The position numbers were made by a program, and so were the translations under genes. Positions 46,808 through 59,614 of a stretch of 64,000 nt of DNA are shown here, piece by piece (position 1 is the stretch's first letter; each line of letters starts with the position of its first letter). The notes beneath the pieces were generated by a model. That model saw nothing but the letters and a program-made list of their open reading frames with translations. It did no database searches and was not told where the DNA came from. This DNA is from Gekko japonicus (lineage: Eukaryota): NCBI RefSeq assembly GCF_001447785.1, contig NW_015163612.1, forward strand, positions 1,098,430 through 1,162,429, in the 5' to 3' direction.

Positions 46808-48892
46808 CTGTATCAATTTTTCAGTTTCAGTGTAAAATTTTCAACCACAGGAGAAAAGAGGAAGAGGATTGGTCTATTTGTTACTGATGTTGGATTCACT
46901 CTCCACTCATTTTCTTGTTGTAGTTTGGGGGGCTGTCTTCGTTCCCATTTCTCTCAGTTTTCTGACAGTACTTTTCCTGCCTGCACTAGAAAAGCACTTA
47001 AAGAGAAAAATATTTCTTACCCCTCTGTAACATATCTATATCCTTCCTCCTGTCTGGGCAAACATATATGTTTCTCTATTTATTCCCCAGGTAAATCCAA
47101 ATCTATCTTGTGTTTGCCTTTAGAAACTCATGTCTCATATTTACCTTACCAAGAGCTTGCTGAGCTATTTATTGCAGACGTTTGGTGTGCTATTTATGCC
47201 TAATTATTTTAATGATAATATCTTCCTTTCCTGTCATTAAAATAATTTCACCTTTTAATTTTGCTTATTAGGTTTCTTTTGACTTCCATAATTATATTTT
47301 GCCTCTCTGCTCCATCTGTATTTATAGTACTGCTCTCCTCCATTCCTTCTCATTCTTCATTTCCTTCTTGTGGTGCCTTCAGATCATTTGCAGTGATTGT
47401 ACCTCTACTGTTACACACATATTGTTCCTATATTTCTTTCAAATTAACTTGTCAATGTTGTTTGCCTAGCCTTATAACTTCATTTTTTACAAAGCAGATA
47501 AGAACCCTCTTAATTATCCTTACAGACATCCCTAACAGCCTATTTATACCTTCCTCTTTAGAAAATGCCTGTTGTGTAACCCACTGATAAAACAGTATAA
47601 ACTTATACATAGATTATATAAAAATAAAGCCTGGATCATATGCATTGTGATCTTTGAAAGACGTTGGATGAGGAAAATAAATTGCAGAGAAATGTGCACT
47701 CTTAAAAATGAAAATATTTATAATAATCATTGACTTAGTGCTTCGTGCACTATTGTGATTTAAATATAGTTTTATATCTTTAATGTTGTTTGTATTGTTG
47801 ACAGAATTTTAGTCAGAAGGTGCCAAGATGAAAGTTTGTGAGATACCAAGTTATTGATTGCTTGCGGGGAGGGCAGGCTACAAATTGAATTAATAATAAT
47901 AACAATAATAGTAATAGTAATAATAATAGTTGTTGTTGTTTAATAAATATTATTAGTGGGTTATTAAATAAATATTTAATATTAAATAAATTAAATATTA
48001 AATAAAATACTAATAAACATTATTTAATAACAACCATGTGGGCCCAAGGCCATGAAAGGTTCTAAAGGAAAGCACCAGCCCCTTGAATTGGAGCTGGCAA
48101 CAAATAAGCAGCCAGCGAACAGTCAACAGGCATAGCCTGATAACCAAGGGGCTGCCACATTTTGCACCAATTGAAGTTTCTGGTTTATTATGACTGCTGC
48201 CCCATGCACATCGCTTCACAATAATCTAGCCTTAAGGTTATTATAGCAATAGTGTTGCCAGGCTTGTAGCTGGCAATCTTAGGAGCTTCTGGGTGTGGGG
48301 CATGTGCAATGCAATGATATCACTTGGAAGTGACATCACTATGTCAAGTGACACTCTAAAATCCCCCCATCTCTATGGTAAAGACTTTAGAGCAGGGGTG
48401 CCAACTCATTTGTTATGGGGGCTGGATCTGACATAAATGTCACTTTGTTGAGCCGGGCCATGCATGCCATAAAGTGTAACATGAGGTACCAGAGATATAA
48501 ACTTTATAAAGGTGATTTCAGATGCCGAATGGCAATAGCAGGTGAATGACAATAGCAGGCTTGATTGGATTAGGTGTGATATGCAGAGGGATAGTAGGTA
48601 TGGAGATACCAGCATTGGTAATGAGACAGCAATCCTAGGTCTCAATTTGGTCCAGGAGGATTCAGTCCTGGAAGATTCAAAGAATAAATGGACATAAGTC
48701 TGATGTTAGAAACCACAACATTCAAAAAACAGTGGAGGAACATTTAACCTTCCAGGACATTCAGTTGCTGACCTAAGAGTAGTAATTCTCTTAGAATTTT
48801 AAAGGGAGATTAGAAAGAGAGATTGCTGAATTGCAACTGAAAATGAAGCTCAAGACAATGCACCCTCCAGGACTGAACTGAGACCTAGGTTT

Positions 48893-49100
48893 CATAAGAA
48901 CCTAAGAGAAGCCAATGTTGGATCAGGCCAATGGCCCATCCAGTCCAACACTCTGCCACACAGTGGCCAAAAATACCAGGTACCATCAGGAGGTCCACCA
49001 GTGGGGCCAGGACACTAGAAGTCCTCCCGCTGTTGCCCCCACCCTGAGCACCAAGAATACAGTGCATCACTTGCCCCAGACTGAGAGTTCCTATCTAGCA
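48893..49100 (-). mobile_element. Short CR1 3' UTR fragment
   Basis: Near-identical to the start of 50754-51050; TAAGAAC tail repeat. Confidence 0.75.
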
Positions 49101-49211
49101 TCACTTGCCCCAGACTTGCCTGTCTCATTACCAACACCTGCTATTGTCATTTGGCATCTGAAATCACTCTACTCTCCAAGTTATAAGGACCAATGGACTC
49201 ACATTTTAGCT

Positions 49212-49295
49212 GTATCTGATGAAATGAGCAGTGACCTACGAAAGCTCATGCCCTGCCACAATTTTTTTAGTCATTAAGGTGCTACTGGTCTCCTT
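49212..49295 (+). mobile_element. Penelope-like terminal fragment with minimal hammerhead motif
   Basis: GTAT CTGATGA ... C GAAA GCT C ATGC, then TAAGGTGCTACTGG; stem II decayed. Confidence 0.65.
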
Positions 49296-49750
49296 CTCCT
49301 TTCCACTAATAAAGATTGCGAGCTGTGTTGTTACGTTTCTTTTTTTCCCCTTCATCTGTTTAAACTGGAGGGGAGGATCTCTCCAAGTGGAATGATGTGT
49401 TGATTTCAGCCTGGGCAAAATCCACTAAAAAAGCAAAGGAGAGTTAATGTGAAGAAAGACAGGCAGTGAGGTGGGAGTGGAGAAAGGGATATGTGGAACT
49501 GGAACATATGGAACTATAAAAGTATTTGTAAATACTTGGCCATCTACGTCCAGATATTAAACAATGGAATCCAATCCAAGTGTTCAAATTCCTAGTAAGG
49601 GTCTTTTTGAAAGAAAATAAAACCCCAGATAGGCACAGAGAAATCTACTCTAAAGAAACTTTTCAGAATAAGCCAAAATACTTTCCTTTTAATTCTCCTT
49701 TCCCCTTATCCCAATGCATTTTGCCATGCCCTTCCTTTCAACACACGTAC

Positions 49751-49793
<43 letters not shown>

Positions 49794-49886
49794 TGCTCAA
49801 GTCTCAAAGTAAACAACACAACAGGACTATTTCAGTGTAAATTGTGCTTGTCAGAAGAATCCTCCCTCCTTCCCTCCCTCCCTCCC

Positions 49887-49962
49887 TCTGAAGAAGCGTG
49901 CATGCACACAAACGCTTATACTTGAAATAAAACTTTGTTTGTCTTAAAGGTGCCATGGGACT
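49887..49962 (+). mobile_element. Penelope-like terminal fragment, same family as 23000-23085
   Basis: CTGAAGAAGCGTGCATGCACACAAACGCTTATAC...AATAAA...GTCTTAAAGGTGCC; GAAA core mutated. Confidence 0.65.
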
Positions 49963-50753
49963 CTGACTTCATTCTCTCTCTCTCTCTCCCCCTCCCTTTC
50001 TCTTCAAAGGAGTTGGAGGGGGGAAGAGACATCATCCAGTGGAGGGAAGGGAGGTTTGGTTTTGTATCTCTCTTGCACAATTGAGGGAGCCAGGTGAAAG
50101 TAAGCTGCAATGCAGCAGCAGCCCCAGAGAAGGAAGCAGGAGAGAGCCAGTTGCTCACAGGCTGGATACGAGCCCTGCAGGGGATGGTTCCAGTCCGTGG
50201 GCCATATGTTTGATATCCCTGCTTTAGAGGTTAGGGGAATTTCTAGAGAGTTGCTTGGTGCAATGATATCACTTCCAAGTCTTCACGTGAAAGTGACTGC
50301 CACATTGCACAATATTAATACTAATATTTAATTTGTTATGATGTTTTATGAATTATTTTAACTGTATTTGTATCTGTATCATATGTAAGCCGCCATGAGC
50401 CTGCTCGGAGGGGAGGGCGGGGTGTAAAATGAATGAAAAGAAAAATGTTTTCCCTCATGTTCCCCCCCCCACACACACACACTGCTCCATTTAGGGAGTG
50501 TAGCACAAAGTCTGGACAGGAGTTTGCCCACCATCAGCAGGGAACTGATAAGCCAACACAGCACGGATCAGCATGGCCAGTTCATATGTCTCAAAGAATG
50601 GGAACAACTTCCAAGCTAAATGGTGTTGAGAAAAGCATTTTTAAAATACCATATTAATCTGTTTTTAATACCATATTAATCTCAGCTTTTAACTGAGTCT
50701 TTCAATGAAAGTTGCATCCCATCGATCCCTTCAATGCAGACATCCTACCAACA

Positions 50754-51050
50754 TTAAGAACATAAGAGAAGCCAATGGTAGATCAGGCCAATGGCCCATC
50801 CAGTCCAACAATCTGTCACACAGTGGCCAAAAATACCAGGTGCCATCAGGAGGTCCACCAGTGGGGCCAGGACACTAGAGGCCCTCCCACTGTTCCCCCC
50901 CCCCCAACACCAAGAATACAGAGCATCACTTGCCCCAGACCGAGAGTTCCTATCTATACTTTGTGGCTAATAGCCACTGATGGACCTCTGCTCCATATGC
51001 TTATCCAATTCCCTCTTGAAGCCGTCCATGCTTGTAGCCACCACCACTTC
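50754..51050 (-). mobile_element. CR1 3' fragment
   Basis: TAAGAACATAAGA tail on the + strand; TAGCCACTGATGGACCT...TTATCCAATTCCCTCTTGAAGCC corresponds to the CR1 ORF2 end. Confidence 0.8.
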
Positions 51051-52042
51051 CTGTGGCCAGCATCACCTCTTTCAGGTGATCATTGTCTCAGTCACTTGAT
51101 CACTACATCCAGGTTTCAGCTCAATGTAGAGCTGGCAGCACCTGGCAATTTAGTCAAAGTGGTATGGCTGCTGATGACAGAATGGCACTTCCATTGTTGG
51201 TGGATGGGAATCTCCACTGATTCTCCACTCCTACTGCAGAATTCCACTTTGCCCCTTTATGCTATTCATGGAAAAAGTCCATTGACACCCCGCCCCCCAG
51301 CCAGGAATATAATTTCCAGGAGCGCAGACAGAGCAGGAGGCTGGAAAGGCTTGCTCTGCAATTTTTATTCTGCTTGGGGATCTTATACAATACAAATCAA
51401 CAAATCCAACAAATCAATGCCTGCCTGATTAGTCTGTAATGAGAGAATAAAGTGGGAGTTTGCAGAATGCATCAGGAGCTCTACATTAAAAGCATAAAGA
51501 TACCAGCATGTACCTATAAATTCAATTCGTTTAGAAGTATCTCCTTTCAAAAACTAATCTTAGAATTTTCGAAGATTACATTTAATAAGCCAACTGCACC
51601 TCTGGTAACCCAGGGCACAATTACTGCTCAGTGAGTGGATATGAAATTGTTCTCTTTCCCCCCACCTACTACACCTCTGATCTTTAACACCTTCTCTGTA
51701 AACTATGAAGAAGTTCATTTCATAGTGCTGCCCATATAATCATGTTGCATCCTTACGCAATATGGTGTAAATTGATTTCTCATATTATGACTATGTAATT
51801 CTTCCTGGAGGGGCTGGTTTGCATTGAACTGCATGTTAGTAACTAAATACAGAAAGAAAGAAAAAATGAGGCAAAAGCCAGTATAATCCGTGGAAAACCC
51901 CCCCCCCCAATTCCACATTTCTGCTTTGGTATAGAGATTGAGATGTGTGGTGCAAATTTTGAGGACATCCACTGAGAAAATAAGATATGCATCAACCTGC
52001 ACTCTTTTGACATAAACTGTTGGGAGCATTAAAGAACATAAG

Positions 52043-52528
52043 ACTGGTGGCAACCAGGACCAGGGCTTTCTCGGTGGCGGCTCCACTCTGGTGGAATGAG
52101 CTCCCAGAAGAGACTAAGGCCCTGGCGGGACCTTTCACAGTTCCGCAGGGCCTGTAAAATGGAGTTCTTCTGCCAGGCCTTTGGAGCCGCAACCATTAAC
52201 GCCTCCACGGCCAACAGTTAATATCTACTTTGGCGGAGCCCTGGCCCGTAGGTCCCTCAAACACAGCCCATGGTGTGTTTGAGGGACCTGAGATAGCTGC
52301 AGAAGGCCAAAGAGTCAATTGGAATATGAGGAATGTTGCTAGTACTTTATCTTGTTTGAATTTTAATGCTGTATTCATTAATGTATGTGATTTTATTATG
52401 ATTGTATTATGGGAATTTTATCTGTCTGTAAGCCGCCCTGAGCTGGTCTCGGCCGGGAGGGTGGGATAAAAATGTAATAAATAAATAAATAAATAATAAC
52501 AATAACAACAACAACAACAACAACAACA
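52043..52528 (+). mobile_element. L2-clade LINE 3' fragment with (AAAT)/(AAC)n tail
   Basis: Homologous to 46380-46807 (RAFSVAAPLWWNELPEE...). Confidence 0.8.
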
Positions 52529-53063
52529 AGAACAACATAAAAACCAAAAGTACAAAACTATAATTCTAATCTCTTGTGTAGGCCTTATGCTTGTCAGCAT
52601 AGGCTTGTATTTATTTCTTTAAAATATTTATACTTCTGCTTTTTGATCCATGTTTACTAGTGGATAACCATAATTTGGGACAACAGAATAAAAGTCAGTT
52701 ACTCAAAGTTAGCAAATAAATTATAACAGAATTAAACTGAATCACCACAGGCAACTGTGCAGTCAGACCTCCAGTATTACGAGAGAAGAATCAGACAGGG
52801 CTCAAAAACCTACTGTAGGTGTCACATTTTTATTGCTCTTTGAAAAGCTAGCAGTAAAAGGGACAGATTTCTCCAGGGAGGTTGCTCCATTGAAAAAAGC
52901 CCTAACATGTGATCCACTCATCAGCTTCTGGTGATGAAGGAACACCTGAAAGGTGTCAGGCAGGTGCACGGGAGAGAAGGCTGTCCTAACGTTAACTTCA
53001 CTGAAGGCCAAGGTCAGGATTTTGAACTGGATCTAAAGCAGATAAAAAACCAATGGAGTTGGT

Positions 53064-53339
53064 GAGAGCCAGTTTGGTGCAGTGGTTAAGTGTGTGGACT
53101 CTAATCTTGGAGAACCAGGTTTGACTCCCCACTCCTCCACTTGTAGCTGCTGGATGACCTTGGGCAAGCCATGGTTCTGTCAGAGCTGTTCTCTCAAGGA
53201 CAGTTCTGGAAAGAGCTCTCTCCTCAGCCCTGTGTACCTCACGGGGTATCTGTTGGGAGGGGGGGAGGAGTTTGTAAACTGCTCTCAGACTCCAAGTGTA
53301 TGGTGGGGTATAACTCCGATCTCCTCCTCCTCTTCTTCT
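53064..53339 (+). mobile_element. Squam3-type SINE
   Basis: GAGAGCCAGTTTGGTGCAGTGGTTAAG head; same body as 32393-32694; (CCT/CTT)n tail. Confidence 0.8.
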
Positions 53340-56224
53340 GCAATGTTGGAGATGTACTCCATTTTGCAAGCTCTGATCTCTAACCTATCATTAGCCATTA
53401 CAATCTGTGGCAAATAAGGATTGCCTCCAAGCTATTAGGCTGGTTAACTTTTAGTAAATTGAAAGAAGTGATCTTTCCCCCTTCTGTGAGCTTCTAGTGT
53501 GCAAAACAATGCTAATGTAGATATGTGTGGGCAAGCAGGCAGATATGAGCTAGTAACGTTCACAAGCATAACTGCAGGACAGTGCTAATACAGTTAGCTA
53601 CTGAGGAATAAATGTGTAATTAAATGTGTGAAACAGTGGGTTTTTAATTATTGATTTAGGTTATACTGACTCTGATATGGAGTTAGTTTAGTTATTCAGT
53701 AATAGCAGAATGTAAAGAAGTTGGGTGAAGATTTGGGAAGCGAAAACGAGAACAGCTCTTGTGGTATCTATCCATTCTGCTTTGTCAACTGTTTATGCTC
53801 CCCTGGAAGTATTATATAAACAAGAAAAGAGATGTGGGTTTTGTAGTTCCCTTCCCTATCCTAATTTTAAAAACTCTACGTTAAAAGAAAACAGAAAAGA
53901 TAAAGCATGTTGGTCTTCCCTTTGTCTTTTTTCATTGCAGTGGCAGTCTAAAAGCAAAGCAAAGAATTGTAGTGGCATGAGTTTGTCATTCTCAGTCTAA
54001 ATTGTTGAACATAAAATAAATAATATAATATAAATAAAAATAGCTTTTATGTCACCACTGCTCCAGCTCATCCACAGGGACATTTGTTTGGAAACATATT
54101 TGTGGCTTTTGGTATAGAGTTTTGTCATGCTAGGGCACATTGGTAGTCCAGTCAGTCAAATAATCTTTGCCTGTTTTTAGATTCTCCAACAGAAATGCAG
54201 TACTGTTGCAACATTACTATAAATGAAGATTTGCCTTTCATTTCTATATGAGTAATAATGTACTCAAAGAGAACTATGGACAGAACCACCCTAGTTGTTT
54301 CTCTGGATCAATGGATTTCAATTTGTGGGTTACATCCCACAACCAAGTCATGACTTTGTACCAGATGGGTCACTCTGGGCTGCCATACCAATCTTTTTAG
54401 AGAGACAGAAGAGTGGATAAAGTATGACTGATCACCAGACACACAGATAAGAGAAGAAGGACATTGATTTGCCACAGATTTGATTTTTCAAAAGACAAGG
54501 AAGCATAAACTTAATCCTCCAGTCAAATCTAATGGAATCTGGGACTTAAATATCCCTACTAAATGTTATATCTTCTTATATTCTAATAGTGAAGTCAGCA
54601 GAACTTTGGATACTTAAATCCAGTGACTAGAGCTGTGAATAGGCATGACAGATCTTTCTACAAACCTGAAAAAGGCCCCAATTTTGCAGAAAAATGTGAA
54701 ATTTAAACAAAATACATTGGGGAGTTTTAAAAATCCAAAAATGATAAAAGGAGCACCTGGAACTTTAAAAACCAAATCTCTAAGTGACTGTTGCTAGGCA
54801 ACCACAGTATTCCAAGTAGGGTTTTTGTGAGTAAAAAAGGTAGGGGGAGGGGACAAGGCCCTTACCAGGCCTATTTTGGCCTTTTGAGGCACAGATCAAT
54901 AAGATCTTAGAGACCCAATGGCATCAGCTTGAAAATAACGTATATAGTTAAATAGTGCAATCTGTTTTGTGTTTTTTCTATTTTAAATCTATGCTATTTT
55001 AAATTGTTTTTAATTATTCTATAAAATCCTATTTATGTGTTTTAGAATCTTACTGTGATCTACCCTGAGCCTGCTTGCGGGGAGGGTGGAATATGAATGG
55101 AATGGAATTGAATTGAATTAAATAAATAAATAAAATTAATTGGGGCCAGGCCTGACTCAGGTTTCCAGGTCTAGGTTGGGGAATTCCTGAAGATTTTGTG
55201 GAGAAGTCAGAGTAGTCTTGCCAGCTCCCAGGTCCGGGTGGGGGATCCCCCAGTTTCAGGGGGTTCTCCCATGGGCAGAGCAGCTGGCTGCCAGGGGAAA
55301 CCTTGCTGTGCGAGATCCTTGACTTGATGACATCACCCGGAAGTGACAGCATCACATCAGGGACATCATCTTGGGATGCTCTGGTATTTGGGCAAACTCT
55401 ATGGGTTGAGGGCAAAAACCCCATAGAGTTTTGTCCAAATACCAGAGCGTCCCCTACTCATGTGATGTCTCCACCCACCCCCAGAATGCCCCCCAATTCC
55501 TCCCGCCAGAGCAACGAGAGTACCTGGCAACTGTAAGTCAGACGAGTGCAGGGTTTGGGGAGGGGAGAGGCCTCAGCATGGTATAATGCCACTGAGTCCA
55601 CTCTCCAAAGCAGCCTTTTTTTCCAGGGGACCAATCTATGTTGTCTGGAGTTCAGTTATAATTCTGGGAGATCTCCAGGTCCTATCTGGAGGCTGGCAAC
55701 CCTAGGCCTCACAGTGACCTCTCAGTGACTTGATACCACCCGACTTGCACAACTCAACTAGGCCTGGCTGCTTGTTATCGTTCAACAGCAGCTACCATAT
55801 GAAAGCCAGTGTGGTTTAGTACGTAGAGCTTCAGAGTAGGGTCTGCAAGACCCAGTTTCAGATCCTCATCTTGCTGTGAAAACCCACTGGGTGATTTTGG
55901 ACCAGTCATGTACTTTCAGCCTAACCTACCCCACTGGGTATGTGGATAAAAAGGAGAAGAGAAGCTGCTTTGGTCTCCACTGTGGAGAAAGACTAGTTTT
56001 CCTAGGTAGAGGTTGGGGGGGTGGTCAGGGAGGAGACAGAAAGCTGAAGACAGAGGAGCAGATAAAAGTAGGTTGGCTGATGCGTGGGAAGGAGACAGTG
56101 CTGCAGACTCCAGGTTAGGCAATTCCTCATTGCATTATCGCCCATTTCAAAAGGCAAGTCATCATAAATGAGCATAGTCCTGAGCATTTTTTTGCTGCAG
56201 ATTTAGCTGTCTTTAGACTAAGTT

Positions 56225-56575
56225 GGGAGCTGCGGTGGCTCAAGTGGTTAAGACGCTGAACTGCAGGCTGTGGAAGGTCAGTAGTTCAGTGGTTCAAGAC
56301 CCGGGTGCCGCAAGACAGGGTGAGCTCCTGTCTCTAGTTCCAGCTCCTGCCAACCTAGCAGTTCGAAAGCAAGAAATTGCAAGTAGATAAATAGGGACCA
56401 CTTCGGTGGGAAGGTAACAGCGTTCCGTGCGCCTTGGTGTTTAGTCATGCCGGCCACATGACCACGGAAACGTCTTCGGACAGCGCTGGCTCTTCGGCTT
56501 TGAAACGGAGATGAGCACCGCAACCCTAGAGTCGGATTCGACTGGCTTTCGAGCAAGGGAACCTTTACCTTTACC
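56225..56575 (+). mobile_element. Sauria SINE, full length, young
   Basis: Head GGGAGCTGCGGTGGCTCAAGTGG; ACCTTT tail; exact TSD TTAGACTAAGTT(GGGAG). Confidence 0.92.
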
Positions 56576-57839
56576 TTAGACTAAGTTGGGAGACTGGCTT
56601 CATTTATTTTTCATGTGTAATTAAAATGTAAAGTATAAAAGGAACTAGGAAAACCAGTGTCTGGGGGGGGGGGGAGTGAGATCATTTTGTACCCATGAAG
56701 CTTTAAAAATTGTACTGAATTATAGAAAACCTACAAGTCTGCACCCCAGTATCAGCTGGTTGGTTCTACCAGCATGTGACATTCAGCTCTCACCCTTGAC
56801 AAACACACACTCACACACTCCTGGCTGCTTGACCCTCTATCAGGTCAGAGCAGCAGCCAGAATCAACAGCATTAATGTTCTATGCAATCTGTAACAGAAT
56901 AGCGATTCTGTCTTTCTCTAATAGGTAGACCAGCCACCCTATGCCTCTTTGGCTACCGCAGTCGCAGTGCTCTCTTTTTCATTCATTTCCTTCCTTCCAA
57001 GAGTTTACGGCCTTGTTATTCTTAGACTCCCTGAGAGGTTTTATTTATTTGTTTGTTTCTTTATTTAATTCATTGATACCCTTGCCTTTCTACCCTAATG
57101 AGGACTGCTCTTTTTCATTTTATCCTCACAACAACCCTGAAAGTATGTGACTAGTCCATAATCACCCAGCAAACTTCCTTGGCATGAGTGAGGACTGATA
57201 CGTGGGTCTCCCAGATAAGAGTCTGACACTCTTAACCGCTACATCACACTGGCTCTCACACTGGTTTTGCCTCAGCCTACACTCCCTTGGTCTCTACTTT
57301 AGTTCTGTCTCTCAACTTTCCATGATTTCCTTTTCAAGTCAGTTCCTTTAGCCAACCTGTCACTTGCACAGATGCCACAGAACATCTTGTCTCCCTCCTT
57401 GCATAGTATACAGTCCCTCTTGACTTTAAGTTCCATAAGATTTATTCAGGACCCCATCTGGCCTGAGTTTGTTTGTTTTTTGTCTCCTTTGAAAGCATTG
57501 TGTTTGGAACTTTTGTAGATTGCTCTGTTCCTATCAGCTGAGATATCGTGCCAGCACAAAACGAAGGCGATAGGATAGTTTCATTATAACTAAAACAGTT
57601 TCATGATGAAACCTGAAGTGAAAGAAGGTTTAAAGCTAAAATTAGAAAGGAAAGGCAATACTGTCAGAAGCTGAATGATTGCCTTGGTATTAATGTTTTA
57701 GTTCACATATGGAACATCTTCAGTCTTAAAATGCATTATGCAGAATCTTTGCTGCTCATATGGTTTCCATTAACATTGCGCAGAAAGAACAATTCTATTT
57801 CCTGCGACTGTAGCTCCCAAAATGGTGATTCGGTAAGGG

Positions 57840-58825
57840 CAGGGCCGGCTCACACACTAGGCGAACTAGACATTCGCCTAGGGTGCCGGGCCCTGGATGG
57901 GGCACCGAACTGTGCCTCCCCCCACCAAAAGCCCGCATGCGCCATTGCTGCTTTCCCGGCACGCCTCGGAATTTCTCCTTTTAGTTTCCTAGGAATTAGA
58001 TTCCCGCCTCCCAAGAGCGCCCCCTCGCAGTCTTTCCGGCCTGCATTGCAATTGATCCCACAGCTGGCTCTCCTGTGCTCTTCTAGGTGAGGTTAGTTCA
58101 GTTGCTCTCCTGCCCTTCCCCATCACCGCTCTGTCCCTGCAGCCATGGCCTCCTCCTTGAAGCGCACCCCGCTCCTCGGCTCTCTGCTGAAGAGTTGGGG
58201 CAGTGTGCTGGCCGCTCTGCACCAGCAGCAGCTGCCCACCTCGTCGGTGTCGGCCTTGCAGCCCAAGGAAGAGGTGCTCGCCTGCCCTTTCCACTCGCCC
58301 CACATGCTCTCCGCCCTGCCCGGCCTAAGTGGCCCCTGGTGGGCAGCCTCTTCAACATCCTGTGGAAGGGCAGCCTCAAGAAGCAGCACGAGATGCTGGT
58401 AAGTTGCCCCGTGGCCTCCCCCCCCCAGCCCAACTGCACAAGCAGCCTGAGGCAGCCATGGGAGGGTGGCTAAACTGAGAGCCCATCAAGGGCCAACGAA
58501 GTTTGCCGCTCCGCTTTCCCGGCCCGTGTCGAAGTTTCCCCACCACTGCTGCTGCCGCCATGCTGCCCACCCACAATGGGCCCCCCACTGCCGAAGTGCC
58601 TGGCTCCACACTGGCCTGGCGTAATGCGGCGGGGGAGGGGGACACAGGATGGCTGATTCTGAAAGGCGAACGAATTGTGTGTGTGTGTGTGGCGCGTGCT
58701 CAGCAGCTGGACTTCCTTCTCTCCAGACCCCGCCTGGAGGTTAGCAACCCTGTAATTGGTGGGGGCACGGGGAGCAGCAGAAGGTAGCCCCACCTAGGGT
58801 GCAAAAAAACCTCAGGCCGGCCCTG
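57840..58825. mobile_element. Non-autonomous hAT-type DNA transposon
   Basis: TIR CAGGGCCGGC...GCCGGCCCTG; 8-bp TSD GGTAAGGG/AGTAAGGG; termini shared with 1112-2038. Confidence 0.88.
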
Positions 58826-58907
58826 AGTAAGGGTACCTCTTATATTTAAATAATTTACCTTGGGAATCTGTGCCATTAGAGTGGAGGAAAGGTATAAGCA
58901 TAATGAT

Positions 58908-59090
58908 GGTGGAAACTGCCATCAAGACAAAGCAAAAGTATGGTGATCCTGTAGGATTTTCAAGAAACAAACAGAGGTGGTTTGCCATTGACTGCCTCTG
59001 CACAGCAATCCTGGACTTCCTGGCTGGTCTCCAATCCAGGCCGACCCTGCTTAGTTTTGGAGATCTGATGAGATGGGACTAGCCTGGGCT
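58908..59090 (-). mobile_element. 5S rRNA-derived SINE
   Basis: Reverse-strand homolog of 24365-24555. Confidence 0.7.
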
Positions 59091-59272
59091 TTCCAGGACA
59101 GGGCATAAGCATAGTACTATATCCTAAATTGAACTCATCACTAGGTACCATAAGCAAGTAATAATACACCCAAACTCCCTTGTTAGATTGTAAAAGTACA
59201 CATGAGAAACAGCTTGAGTCTTTTCGTAGTGTCTTTAGTTGACACCATTAACTAAAATGTAATTTCATGCTA

Positions 59273-59614
59273 GGGCCACAGTGGCTCAGAGGTTAAGACG
59301 TTGAGCTGCAGACCAGAAGGTCTGTAGCTGAGCAGTTCAGGACCCGAATACCGCATGACGGAGTGAGCTCCCATCTCTGGACCCAGCTCCTACCAACCGA
59401 GCAGTTCAAAAGCAAGAAATTGCAAGAAGATAAATAGGTACCACTTTGGTGGGGAGGTAACAGTGTTCTGTGCAGCTCGGCATTTAGTCATGCTGGCCAC
59501 ATGACCACAGAAATGTCTTTGAACGGCACTGGCTCTTTGGCTTGGAAATGGAGATGAGCACCACCCCCTAGAGTCGGATTCGACTGGCTTTCGAGCAAGG
59601 GAAACCTTTTCCTT
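59273..59614 (+). mobile_element. Sauria SINE, full length, diverged
   Basis: 13-bp TSD TAATTTCATGCTA (59260-59272 / 59615-59627). Confidence 0.9.

Noticed and set aside
57989-58793. Cluster of overlapping GC-rich ORFs or possible PKIB CpG promoter
   Set aside because: Lies inside the TIR/TSD-bounded hAT element 57840-58825; no transposase or host-protein motif.
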